Positions 1-8,431 of a DNA stretch of 50,448 bases are shown here, piece by piece (the stretch's first letter is position 1; each line of letters begins with the position of its first letter). Origin of the DNA: Longimicrobiales bacterium (lineage in GTDB: Bacteria; Gemmatimonadota; Gemmatimonadetes; Longimicrobiales; Gaopeijiaceae); assembly GCA_046537985.1 (NCBI GenBank), contig JBKHJU010000001.1, positions 1 through 50,448 on the forward strand, given 5' to 3'. Both the position numbers and the translations under genes were made by a program. The notes under the pieces were generated by a model that worked only from the letters and a program-made list of their open reading frames with translations, searched no databases and was not told where the DNA came from.

Positions 1-304
1 GCGCCAGGGAGTCCTCGAGGAGCTGACCACCGAGAACCACGGCGGCGAGCCGTCCCGCGCCCGCCGCGGCCTCGATGTTGGGGAGGGAGCCGCCCGCGAT
101 GGCGGAGCGGAGGCGGTCCAGGTCCACGGACCCCTTCACCTGCTCGATGGCCTCCAGGAAGGCCTGGGCCGCGGCGGGCTCGAGCCTCTGGGCCAGGCGC
201 CGGGCGATCTCGAAGAACCGAGACCGGGGCCTCCCGGCGCCCTGCTGGACGGCGTAGTAGTCCGGAGCCCCGGGGTGGACCGGGCACGTCGGGGCCCAGG
301 TCAC
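1..304 (-). CDS. Hypothetical protein, N-terminal part. GTG start at 304; runs off position 1 and continues in frame at 50448..50426
   Basis: Open frame from GTG 304 to the window edge. Joining 1 to 50448 keeps the frame and ends with a TGA that overlaps the GTG of the next gene (GTGA), like about 29 other junctions. Confidence 0.35.
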   Translation of the reverse strand, partial: MTWAPTCPVHPGAPDYYAVQQGAGRPRSRFFEIARRLAQRLEPAAAQAFLEAIEQVKGSVDLDRLRSAIAGGSLPNIEAAAGAGRLAAVVLGGQLLEDSLA

Positions 305-371
305 CCCTCCCCCCGGATCTCCCTCAGCCTGCGGCGTCCCATCCGGTGGGCGTACCGGAGGGCTTCGTCCT

Positions 372-563
372 CTACCGTTCCCACGCCTCGGGCTCCTCCT
401 CGTCCGGTATCGCGTCCTGGAGCAGGGCCAGGACCACCATCGTCCTCGCCTCCTCCCTCGCCTTCTCCTCCGGCACCCCCTCCCGCCGGAGGTCCTCGAC
501 CAGGGCCACGTAGCTCCGGGCGACCTCCCGGGACTGGCGGGCGAGGTCCGAGGCCAGGCTCAC
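372..563 (-). CDS. Hypothetical 63-aa acidic protein
   Basis: GTG start overlaps the portal stop (GTGA at 560..563). C-terminal part of listed ORF 372..989; the rest overlaps the portal gene. Confidence 0.4.
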   Translation of the reverse strand: MSLASDLARQSREVARSYVALVEDLRREGVPEEKAREEARTMVVLALLQDAIPDEEEPEAWER

Positions 564-1966
564 GCCCCGACCTCCTCTCGGTCCACTAGGTGTACCCGGT
601 CCGACTCGATGACCACGAGCTCCCTCGGGTCGCCGCCGATCGGCGTGAGCGACTTCGCCGTCTCCGCCCTGGTCTTGGAGAGCTCCGCCTCGTCCTTCTC
701 GTCGAGCTGGAACCGGTTGGGCCACTCGAACCGGTACCCGCCCCGAGGCTCCGGGAGGGCGCCAATCTGGATCCAGCGGTCCACGAGCGGGCGGAGAATC
801 ACCGGCTCGGCGTGGTTCGTCTCGCGCTCCTGAATCCGGCCGAGCCACTCCTTCTGGTCCTCGGTGGAGGCCCTCTCCCCCGTGGTGTTCCCGAAGAGGA
901 TCCGGAACGGCACCTCCGCCCCGGCCCCGATCAGCATCATGTATAGCTCCGCAGGGTCGGCGGGGTTGGGGGGCTCGGCGTCCAGCCACTGGCCCTCGAT
1001 CCCGGAGCCCACTATCTGCCGTCGGAGGTCGTGCATCATCTCCTCCGCCGCCTTCCCGAGGGCGTCCCGGTCGTCCTTCCCGATCTCCACGTTGGGGTCT
1101 ATGGACAGGAGCAGGATCTTGTCGGCGAGCTGCCAGTACGCCTCGGCGGTCGCCGCCGTGATCTTCTCCAGGTCCATCAGCCGGTTGAACACCCTCTTGA
1201 GCGCGGGCCTCCCGTGGACCTCGTCGGAGAGGCGGTCCTCGGCGATGTGCACCACCCGCGAGTGGTGGATCTCCTCCTCCACGTCCGGGAAGTTCTCGAC
1301 GCCCTCGGACAGCTTGATCCGGTAGACCAGCGGCTGGCCGAACCTCTCTTTACCGGTGTCCTGCTCCCACTCCGTGACCTTCACGTCCCCCTGGTGGAAG
1401 GACGAGAGGTAGAGCACGTCCTCCGGGCCGTTCACGGACTCCAGCGGGTCCTTAAGCGTCTGGTCCACGCCGGGCGTCCCCATGAAGAGCACGCCGTACT
1501 GACCGATCCTCGAGAGGCGGTCCGCCCGCTCCAGGTGGTTCCAGAGCCCGAGCCGGTCGGCCAGCTCCCGGAAGGCGCGGGTGAAGTCGGTCTCCTCCTC
1601 CGAGTCCTTCTCGTGGATCTCGGGCGGGTGCCGCCAGGTCGTCTTCGGGGCCATGTCCACGATCCGGCCCGCGATGTCCTGGCGCTGGTACCGACTCCAG
1701 TAGTGGTCGAAGTCCAGGTCGGATTCCTGGACGTATCCCGCCACCGTGTACACGTCCCGCTCGTTCCCGTACTGAAACCCCGCTTTCCTGGCGAACCGGA
1801 GCCGGTTCATGCGGTCCGACGACCCCGAGTGCTGGTGCGCCCGAGTGGCCCCACCGTTCACCGCGGCCACGGCGTTGTCCAGGCCGCGCACCCGGAGCCC
1901 CCCAGGGGTTTCGTACCAGCCGTTCCTCCGGTCCACGATGACCTGCGGTCCGCCGCTGCCAGGCAT
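560..1966 (-). CDS. Phage portal protein (DUF1073/HI1409-like)
   Basis: 468 aa of portal size and composition, placed in the head module. SD GGGGAGG sits 6 nt before the ATG. Confidence 0.65.
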   Translation of the reverse strand: MPGSGGPQVIVDRRNGWYETPGGLRVRGLDNAVAAVNGGATRAHQHSGSSDRMNRLRFARKAGFQYGNERDVYTVAGYVQESDLDFDHYWSRYQRQDIAGRIVDMAPKTTWRHPPEIHEKDSEEETDFTRAFRELADRLGLWNHLERADRLSRIGQYGVLFMGTPGVDQTLKDPLESVNGPEDVLYLSSFHQGDVKVTEWEQDTGKERFGQPLVYRIKLSEGVENFPDVEEEIHHSRVVHIAEDRLSDEVHGRPALKRVFNRLMDLEKITAATAEAYWQLADKILLLSIDPNVEIGKDDRDALGKAAEEMMHDLRRQIVGSGIEGQWLDAEPPNPADPAELYMMLIGAGAEVPFRILFGNTTGERASTEDQKEWLGRIQERETNHAEPVILRPLVDRWIQIGALPEPRGGYRFEWPNRFQLDEKDEAELSKTRAETAKSLTPIGGDPRELVVIESDRVHLVDREEVGA

Positions 1967-1978
1967 GTCGGGCCTCCC

Positions 1979-2374
1979 CTATGGGTCCAGCGCGTCTCTG
2001 ACGATCCAGTACAGCGCGTCCATGATCCTTCGGTTCTTCTCCGCCGCGATCCTCGATGCGCGGGCGACCATCTCCACGCCCCGCCGGTAGTCCTGCTCCC
2101 GGTTCCGGGCGGAGAACTCCCGGTCCATCCACAGCGCCGCCCTCATCGTCTCGTGCTCGGAGAACGGGAGCTCGCCTCCGAGCTCGGCCCGGAGGTCGTC
2201 CAGAAACTGCCGCCGGGCCCTCGCCCGCGTCCGGCCCCAGGCGGTCCGAAGCTCGGGCTCCTCGCCGACGTTGGCCGTCCCGGCGCAGTCCCGGCAGACC
2301 CTCCGGTACCTCGGCGTCGGGCGGCCGCAGACGCCACACGGTACGTCCACGGTAATCACGCCGCCGCTCGCCAC
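1979..2374 (-). CDS. Hypothetical zinc-ribbon protein
   Basis: 131 aa with two CxxC pairs (CGVCG...CRDC). Confidence 0.45.
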   Translation of the reverse strand: MASGGVITVDVPCGVCGRPTPRYRRVCRDCAGTANVGEEPELRTAWGRTRARARRQFLDDLRAELGGELPFSEHETMRAALWMDREFSARNREQDYRRGVEMVARASRIAAEKNRRIMDALYWIVRDALDP

Positions 2375-2377
2375 GGT

Positions 2378-2962
2378 TCAGCCCTCCTCTCTCATCGTGA
2401 GCCACTCCCGGTCGGGGTATCCCAGGAACTCGCGGGTCCTGCCGCTCATGGATCGTACCCAACCCTGGAGCCTGTCCTCGTTGCTGGTCCAGGCGGGCCA
2501 GTGGGCGTCGGCGTGAACCCAGGGTTTCCCGTCCCACACGTCGTGGTAGTGGGGGCGCCGGTCCATCGGGACGCCGCAGAGAACGGCGAGGGGACAGTTC
2601 AGGATGTCGGCGACGGCCACCGCGAGGAGGCCGGAGGAGCCCCCGGCCCAGACCTCGACCTGGCGGTCCGCCAGCGTCGGGACCTCCCGGCGGGCCCACG
2701 TCACGTAGCCGTCCGGGTGACCGCGCTCCCGCCGCCTCCGGATCCACTCGCCACCCTTCCCCGGCTTACACTCCCGGTGGAACTTCTCCGGGTGCATGGA
2801 GACCCAGTGGTCCAGGGGTCGGTCCCAGTCCACGCCGGCGTTGTTTACGGCGATGACGACCCCGGGCCAGACTCCGCCCACCATGCGCTCCAGCTCCGCA
2901 ACGTCGTCCCAGAGACACTCGGCACCGCCAAGGATCATGGCGGGGGGGACTTCCGGGCTCAC
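2378..2962 (-). CDS. Hypothetical protein (194 aa)
   Basis: Long ORF with coding-like composition. GGGAGG lies upstream of the GTG. Confidence 0.45.
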   Translation of the reverse strand: MSPEVPPAMILGGAECLWDDVAELERMVGGVWPGVVIAVNNAGVDWDRPLDHWVSMHPEKFHRECKPGKGGEWIRRRRERGHPDGYVTWARREVPTLADRQVEVWAGGSSGLLAVAVADILNCPLAVLCGVPMDRRPHYHDVWDGKPWVHADAHWPAWTSNEDRLQGWVRSMSGRTREFLGYPDREWLTMREEG

Positions 2963-3002
2963 ACTTCCCCGTCCTCCCTGTGGGTGGCTCAGACCTGTAA
3001 CG

Positions 3003-3701
3003 TCACCTCACCAGCCAAGCTAAGGCGTCCCGCGGCCGGAGGCGAGGGAAACAGTCCACAAAGCTCTCCGGGGAGCCGTTGGCCACCAGGACACCGCGCT
3101 CCTGGAGCTGGGGCAGGGCGCCCCGGAAGAGGTGGGGCAGGTGCCCGAGGTAGAAGTTGGGGCTTCCGTCCCATCGCTCGCGCCCGTGGCCGTCTATCCC
3201 GAGGAGGGTGACGCGCTCGGCACCGAGAAGGCAGGCGAGTTGAAGGGCGCCGAACCCCGAGTTTCCGGTGTGGATCGCGCGGGGGTCCTCACTCATCCCC
3301 CCCACGATCTGGGCCCACACCCGCTCCTCGAACGGGCCCTCGGTCGGCTCCTCCGCCACGACCCTACGAAGGTAGAGGACGTGTTCCGGGACCGGAGGTC
3401 TCTGCCACCGGTGACGGGCCTCGGGGGTCCCAAACTCGTCCGGGACCGCGGCCACGTATCGGACGCCGTCCACCGGGTCACGCATCAGGTCCAGGTTCTC
3501 CCGGGACGGATCCAGCGTGAACCAGTAGTCCGCCGCCGGGACGTGCTCCACGGCACCGTTGACGGCGATGACCGCCACTGGGTGGTCCCGTCGGACCCGA
3601 TCGACCAGGCCGACGTCCACGTTTGCCCAGGACGGACCCTGCCCACAGACCACCCACCACGGGCGGGTCTCCTCGATCTCCCGCAGGCTCCCGAACCTCA
3701 C
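3003..3701 (-). CDS. DUF115 / Maf-like (MptE-like) protein
   Basis: Motifs WWVVCGQGPS, AVNGA and HTGNSGFGALQLACLLGAERVTLLGIDG match the DUF115/MAF_flag10 family. GTG start overlaps the upstream stop (GTGA). Confidence 0.6.
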   Translation of the reverse strand: MRFGSLREIEETRPWWVVCGQGPSWANVDVGLVDRVRRDHPVAVIAVNGAVEHVPAADYWFTLDPSRENLDLMRDPVDGVRYVAAVPDEFGTPEARHRWQRPPVPEHVLYLRRVVAEEPTEGPFEERVWAQIVGGMSEDPRAIHTGNSGFGALQLACLLGAERVTLLGIDGHGRERWDGSPNFYLGHLPHLFRGALPQLQERGVLVANGSPESFVDCFPRLRPRDALAWLVR

Positions 3702-4906
3702 ACCCTCAGCCACAGCCTCACGTGCCTCCCGTTCGTGTCCACCGACACCAACTCGAACTCCTCAGCCACCCTCTCGGCCCACCAGGTCGCGGAACGCACC
3801 GTTAGGTGGAGCCTCTCGCCGATCTCGTCCCCCTTCTCGTCCACGAACGTCGCCACCTGAAACCACGCCCCCCTCCGGGTGTGGGCGGCGATCTGGCGGA
3901 TGGCCTCCCCCACCCGAGGCTCCGGGAGGTGCTCGAGGACGTCCACGCAGAAGGCGAAGTCCGTCTTCGGGAGGCTCGCGGGGGGGCTCCAAATGGTGCC
4001 CTGCCAGAAGTCCGGATCGTCCAGCGTCTCGGTGGTCGGAATCAGGTCCACCCCGACCACTCTGTTCATCCTCTTCCGTAGCCACCTCATGGCCCTGCCG
4101 TGACCGCAACCCCAGTCGGTCGCGGACGTGGCCCCGAGTCCATGCGCCCACCCCCAGGCGACCGGCACGGCGCCGGCTCCGACCGAGAACTCGGGACGGT
4201 ACACCCCCTCGGCGTACACCCGGGCGTACTTCTTTCTCTCGGAGCGGTAGTCCTCGTCGTCGGTCAGGCGGTGACGCGCCACGAGGTTCCGCCCGTCCGC
4301 CTTCCGCACGTAGGAGTATCCCAGGCCGTCCAGTATGCCACGGACCCGCTCCTCGGCGTCGGGGTTCAGGACCTCGGCCAGGACGAGCGGCCAGCTCCCT
4401 CGCACGGTCCCGAGCGCGCCCCGAAGGACCTCCTCCTCCATCCCCTCGACGTCCACCTTGATGGCGCATACCGTCTCGATTCGGCCCACCACCGAGTCCA
4501 GGGTGACCACCCGTACTCCGTCCCCCGGCCTCATCCGGGTCGCCGAGGTCAGGCTCTCCCCGTCGTGGGAGAGGCGCGCGGTGCCCTCCTCCGCCGACAC
4601 GGCGTGGGGGAAACACCTCACCCGGTCGGTCAGCCCGTTCAGCTCGAGGTTGGCCCGGAGTCGATACATCGCGGCGGGGTTGGGTTCGAAGGCGTAGCAC
4701 CTGGCCCCCGCCCTGGCGGCCAGGAGGGTGTAGAGGCCGGTGTACGCCCCCACGTCCAGGGCGAGCTCGCCGGGCCGCAGCGACGCGGTCCAGGCGTCCA
4801 CCGACTCCGGCTCAAACCTCTCGCCGTCCCACTTCCTCTCGGAGGCTCGCAGGACCTGGTCTCCCGGAACGTACAGCCGCACCCCCTCGATCTCCCGGGA
4901 GGTCAC
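3698..4906 (-). CDS. Fused dual methyltransferase: FkbM-family domain plus class I SAM methyltransferase domain
   Basis: LDVGAYTGLYT...AFEPNP...IKVDVEGME is an FkbM signature. The C-terminal half has DWGCGHGR...VDVLEHLPEP, a class I SAM fold. The listed ORF's N-terminal 133 aa is low-complexity; the real GTG start at 4906 overlaps the upstream stop. Confidence 0.65.
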   Translation of the reverse strand: MTSREIEGVRLYVPGDQVLRASERKWDGERFEPESVDAWTASLRPGELALDVGAYTGLYTLLAARAGARCYAFEPNPAAMYRLRANLELNGLTDRVRCFPHAVSAEEGTARLSHDGESLTSATRMRPGDGVRVVTLDSVVGRIETVCAIKVDVEGMEEEVLRGALGTVRGSWPLVLAEVLNPDAEERVRGILDGLGYSYVRKADGRNLVARHRLTDDEDYRSERKKYARVYAEGVYRPEFSVGAGAVPVAWGWAHGLGATSATDWGCGHGRAMRWLRKRMNRVVGVDLIPTTETLDDPDFWQGTIWSPPASLPKTDFAFCVDVLEHLPEPRVGEAIRQIAAHTRRGAWFQVATFVDEKGDEIGERLHLTVRSATWWAERVAEEFELVSVDTNGRHVRLWLRV

Positions 4907-5559
4907 GTGTCGCCGCCGTCCCCAGCCCGCGCCCCGATCGTGAAGCGGCTCGGGTCCACCACCCTCCGGACCTCCTCCCGGTCCCACTCCAGGCCGACGC
5001 GTCGGCAGACCTCCCGATAGTCCGCGTCGTCGCCGAGAAACAGGTCCACGGGCTCGATCCCGACGTGCCCGTGCCCCACCCCATCCTCGAGCTCCCGGGC
5101 CCGGGAGTGGTGCTCCTCGATCACCCGCTCCCCGTCGAAGCCCGGCGTCCCCCGGGCCAGGGGCCACCGCGAGAACGACTCCGTGATCTCCTCCACCGGT
5201 CGCCAGACCGTGACCCACGTGGCCTCTGGGAACGCCTCCGCCCAGGCCCGCCAGGCGAAGACGAGCTTTACGTCCTTGAACATCCACACCCCCTCGCCTC
5301 CCCACCCCTCGCGGCGGAGGATGTCCAGTACCCGCTCCCGGAGGTCCTCGGCGTTCCAGGACTCCAGGTCGGCGAAGCTCTGGACCGCGATCGGGTCCAT
5401 GCCCGCCCGCCGGAGTTGGGGCTTCAGGATCTCCTGCTTGAGGCGGACGTTCTCACAGAGCGAGTTGGTCCTCCCGGCCCACGCCCCGCAGGCGCGGAAG
5501 GCGTGGGCGGTCAGGCTGGTCCCCGAGCGGGGACAGCCGGCGATGAGCAGGGGCTTCAC
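4903..5559 (-). CDS. Sulfotransferase-family protein
   Basis: N-terminal PLLIAGCPRSGTSLT resembles the PAPS 5'-phosphosulfate-binding loop. GTG start overlaps the upstream stop (GTGA). Confidence 0.5.
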   Translation of the reverse strand: MKPLLIAGCPRSGTSLTAHAFRACGAWAGRTNSLCENVRLKQEILKPQLRRAGMDPIAVQSFADLESWNAEDLRERVLDILRREGWGGEGVWMFKDVKLVFAWRAWAEAFPEATWVTVWRPVEEITESFSRWPLARGTPGFDGERVIEEHHSRARELEDGVGHGHVGIEPVDLFLGDDADYREVCRRVGLEWDREEVRRVVDPSRFTIGARAGDGGDT

Positions 5560-5966
5560 GTTCTCTCCGGTTCGTCGGTCACGGTTCCGTCCGGCCACAG
5601 GTAGGCCGGACCGGGGTCGTCGATCGTCGTCACTTCGATGGGTCCGAGCGGCTTCCTGCCGGAGGAGTTCGAGACGACGATCTCCGGACCGAACTCTCCG
5701 ATGATTGAGACCCCGCCAGCGCCCCTCTTCGACCCCTGTCCCGGGGGTGGCGTCTTCGGGCGGGGGCTTCCACCCTCCCCGCGATACCCTCGCCGGCGCG
5801 ACGACAGGATGGTCTGCCCGATCCGTGCGAAGCCCTCGGCGGAACGCCGTAGGAGCCTACCCCAGGCGCCCGGATGGAGGAAGACGAGCCTGACGACTTC
5901 GGCCGCCCCCCCGCACCAGCCGTCACACCAGCCGTCGTACCAGTCGCCCTCCCTAGCCTTCGGCAT
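5556..5966 (-). CDS. Hypothetical protein with GW/C-rich N-terminus
   Basis: ORF with internal ATG at 5966; the middle is low-complexity. Confidence 0.3.
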   Translation of the reverse strand: MPKAREGDWYDGWCDGWCGGAAEVVRLVFLHPGAWGRLLRRSAEGFARIGQTILSSRRRGYRGEGGSPRPKTPPPGQGSKRGAGGVSIIGEFGPEIVVSNSSGRKPLGPIEVTTIDDPGPAYLWPDGTVTDEPERT

Positions 5967-6129
5967 CGTCGTCCTCCCAGGGGCGGGTGGCGTACATGGA
6001 GACCAGGGAGCCAAGAGCCACGAGTGTTATGACGGCCACGGCGGGGTAGGTCCCGAGGACGCCGGCCAGGACCGCACCGACGAACGCCGGGCCGCAGAGG
6101 ATCAGGACAAGCGGCGCGGGGTCACGCAT
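5953..6129 (-). CDS. Small two-helix membrane protein (58 aa)
   Basis: Two hydrophobic stretches (LVLILCGPAFVGAVLAGVL / VAVITLVALGSLV). ATG overlaps the upstream stop by 8 nt. Confidence 0.4.
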   Translation of the reverse strand: MRDPAPLVLILCGPAFVGAVLAGVLGTYPAVAVITLVALGSLVSMYATRPWEDDDAEG

Positions 6130-6502
6130 CGTCTCGCCCCCCTCGTCGGTAGGTCTCACCCACCATATCCAGGTCCCTCAGCGTCACCCACGCCGTCAGA
6201 CCCTCACCCCGGATCCGGTCCACCGTGCCCCGGGCGACCCTCACCCAGTCGTGCCAGGGGCGCCAGGGCCACGAGAGCAACCGCTCCCTCCAGGTCCTCC
6301 TCCGGGTGTAGACGATCTCCCGACCCTCGCCTGCCAGGAGTTCCACCAGGGCGGCGCAGTCCGGCTCGTCCAGGTGGAACCGGACGGAGCCCCGGATCCT
6401 CGTGAGACCCTCAAGCTCCAGGTCCTCCCGGGGAACGGTCCCGGGGATTCTGAGGTTGACCATCTCCGGGCCGTCGTCTCTTGGCTTCTCTCCGTCAGCC
6501 AT
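6122..6502 (-). CDS. Hypothetical acidic protein (126 aa)
   Basis: ATG preceded by GAGGGAGAGAGAG. Confidence 0.5.
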   Translation of the reverse strand: MADGEKPRDDGPEMVNLRIPGTVPREDLELEGLTRIRGSVRFHLDEPDCAALVELLAGEGREIVYTRRRTWRERLLSWPWRPWHDWVRVARGTVDRIRGEGLTAWVTLRDLDMVGETYRRGGRDDA

Positions 6503-7142
6503 CTCTCTCTCCCTCGAACGTTATGACGTGGTGTGAGTCTGACCCCTCCCGGGTCGCCCACGTGTACCTACGCCCCGTCCGGTCCAGCGCCTCCTGGAGG
6601 GCCTTGGTACAGCCGGGCAGGAACCGGTCGTGAGTCTCGATGAAGAGGAGAGCCACGGTCCGGAGCCACTCGGGGTCCGCCTCCAGGATCTCCCTCTCCA
6701 TCCCCTCTACGTCCATTTTCACGAGGTCGGGCGTCCACCCCTCCGGCAGGGCCTCGTCCAGGTTCATCGTCGGAACCGTGGCGATTCTGGCGCCGTCGTG
6801 ACCCTCGAGGGTGCTCGCCGCCCACTCCCCGCGGTCAGAGTCCCGGAGGACGATCTCTTTGCCACTCTCGGCCGCGAGGGCCCGGGTCCGGATCAGAGCC
6901 AGGGGCGCGTTCACCCCGGCCAGCTTGGCGTGTTCCGGGTGGGGCTCAAACCCGAGGACCTTGGCCTCCGGGTATCGGTCACACAACCACCGGGTTGAGA
7001 TCCCCGTGTAGGCTCCGGCGTCCACGATGAGCACCGGCGGGACCGGACACTCCACGTCGAACACCCTTCGAAGGTAGACCTCCCCGAATACCGTCACGTC
7101 CGTGGTCCCCGGGCGGACCATGACCGGCGCCACGGGACTCAC
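6495..7142 (-). CDS. FkbM-family methyltransferase
   Basis: VDAGAYTG...GFEPHP...VKMDVEGME. GTG start at 7142 overlaps the GT stop (GTGA). Confidence 0.65.
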   Translation of the reverse strand: MSPVAPVMVRPGTTDVTVFGEVYLRRVFDVECPVPPVLIVDAGAYTGISTRWLCDRYPEAKVLGFEPHPEHAKLAGVNAPLALIRTRALAAESGKEIVLRDSDRGEWAASTLEGHDGARIATVPTMNLDEALPEGWTPDLVKMDVEGMEREILEADPEWLRTVALLFIETHDRFLPGCTKALQEALDRTGRRYTWATREGSDSHHVITFEGERDG

Positions 7143-7804
7143 GTCTCGCCCCCGAACGACACCCTGGTCCACTCCTCGTGAGCCCACCCGGCCCGGGGGC
7201 TCGAGAACCGGGGGTGCCCGTGCCCCACCACGAGCCTGGATCCCGGCGGAGGGCCCTCCCGCGCCTCCTCCTTGAAACTGACGATCTGGCCCGGGTACAG
7301 GTCCATGAGCCGGTCCGCCCGCCCCTCCAGGAGCGAGTTCAGGTAGCGCCCGTCCCCCCGGAAGTCCCTCATGTGTCGCCGGGGCGCCTCACTCCAGGAG
7401 CTCCACACCTCCCGGGTGAGCGGTCCGGGACGAAACGCCATGACCCCGCTCTGGAGGATGTCGTGGTAGATCCCGGTCATCATCCCGAAGTCACCCGGGT
7501 AGTGTGCCAGGTCCTCAGGGCTTCCCACGACCAGGGTGTCCAGGTCCAGGTAGAGGACCAGCTCCCCGTCCGGAAAGAGGCCGGGCCCGAAGAGCTCCAT
7601 CTTGGACCACCACCCGGGCCAGGTGTAGCGGAGGGGAAACGCCCACTGGGGTGGAACGGAGTTCACGTCGGTGAGACAGGCGAACCGGTACGGCAGCGAG
7701 AGGTGGCGGGCCACGCCCCGCTTGAGGGCGTAGACCCACCGGGGATCATAGTCACCGCCGGAGCGGAGAACGCAAGCCACCGTGAGCCGCGCCTCGTTAC
7801 TCAC
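7139..7804 (-). CDS. Putative GT-A fold glycosyltransferase (DxD motif)
   Basis: N-terminal TVACVLRSGGDY and YLDLDTLVVG (DxD) resemble nucleotide-sugar transferases. GTGA overlap at 7801..7804. Confidence 0.45.
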   Translation of the reverse strand: MSNEARLTVACVLRSGGDYDPRWVYALKRGVARHLSLPYRFACLTDVNSVPPQWAFPLRYTWPGWWSKMELFGPGLFPDGELVLYLDLDTLVVGSPEDLAHYPGDFGMMTGIYHDILQSGVMAFRPGPLTREVWSSWSEAPRRHMRDFRGDGRYLNSLLEGRADRLMDLYPGQIVSFKEEAREGPPPGSRLVVGHGHPRFSSPRAGWAHEEWTRVSFGGET

Positions 7805-8037
7805 CTCCCCAGGCAGCAAAGCAGAGTCGCCACCGCCGCCAGCGCCTCAAGCCCCTCTTTGGCCTCCACCGGGTGTCCGTCCCACACGTGGGCCTCGGGG
7901 TCCCGCGGGTTCCTCCCGACGAACACCTCCCCGGTCTCGAGGTTGATGCCCAGGTAGGGACCGGCCTCGCCGTTGCGGTGGACCTCGACCGCCTCCCGTG
8001 TCGTCTCCGCGAACCTCGTCCCTCCACCTCTCTCCAT
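7801..8037 (-). CDS. Hypothetical 78-aa protein
   Basis: ORF that fills the gap and is coupled to the downstream gene. Confidence 0.35.
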   Translation of the reverse strand: MERGGGTRFAETTREAVEVHRNGEAGPYLGINLETGEVFVGRNPRDPEAHVWDGHPVEAKEGLEALAAVATLLCCLGR

Positions 8038-8049
8038 CGCCCTCTCCCT

Positions 8050-8421
8050 CTATGGCTTGGCGTCCTGACCGGTCTTGAGGAGCATGTCCCCCTCAAAGTA
8101 CGGGGTCCAGTCCACCGGGTTGTTGTACTTCCTCCAGATCTGATAGAAGTAGTAACCGGCGTCGAGGCCGTCCGTGTCGGTTCGCTCGATCGGGATCTCC
8201 GTCTCCCCGTTCGTCGGGTCGGAGTGGCTCCCGCTGGCCACGGTCACCTCCACCAGCGTCTCGGTGCCGCGGTCCTCTCCCACCCGGAGGACGATGTCGT
8301 CGTTGGAGATGTCAATGGTGTTCCCGTTCTCGTCCTTGAAGACGGCAGTCAGCTTATAGTCCGCCGCCAGGACGAGCTCTAGGTCTACGACGGTCGGGGT
8401 AACCTTCAGGGTCGTGGCCAT
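8050..8421 (-). CDS. Hypothetical beta-rich protein (123 aa); possible virion or decoration protein
   Basis: Strong SD: GGAGG, 5-nt spacer, ATG. Alternating polar/hydrophobic pattern. Confidence 0.45.
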   Translation of the reverse strand: MATTLKVTPTVVDLELVLAADYKLTAVFKDENGNTIDISNDDIVLRVGEDRGTETLVEVTVASGSHSDPTNGETEIPIERTDTDGLDAGYYFYQIWRKYNNPVDWTPYFEGDMLLKTGQDAKP

Positions 8422-8431
8422 GCGGACCTCC

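Noticed and set aside
1031-3211. 726-aa plus-strand ORF, and similar long plus-strand ORFs at 14757..16730, 38638..40854, 41167..43788, 43785..45401 and 46591..48417
   Set aside because: They are antisense to well-supported minus-strand genes (portal, MTases, tail tip, tape measure, capsid). Their sequence is R/P/G/A-rich low complexity typical of open antisense frames in 70 % GC DNA. They have no RBS and no start/stop coupling.
4681-4695. tRNA T-loop-like GGGTTCGAAGG
   Set aside because: An isolated motif inside a methyltransferase coding region, with no acceptor or anticodon stems. No tRNA genes are evident anywhere in the window.
3698-5305. N-terminal 133 aa of the listed dual methyltransferase ORF
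   Set aside because: Low-complexity G/R/P stretch overlapping the sulfotransferase gene. The GTG at 4906 with GTGA coupling is the more plausible start.
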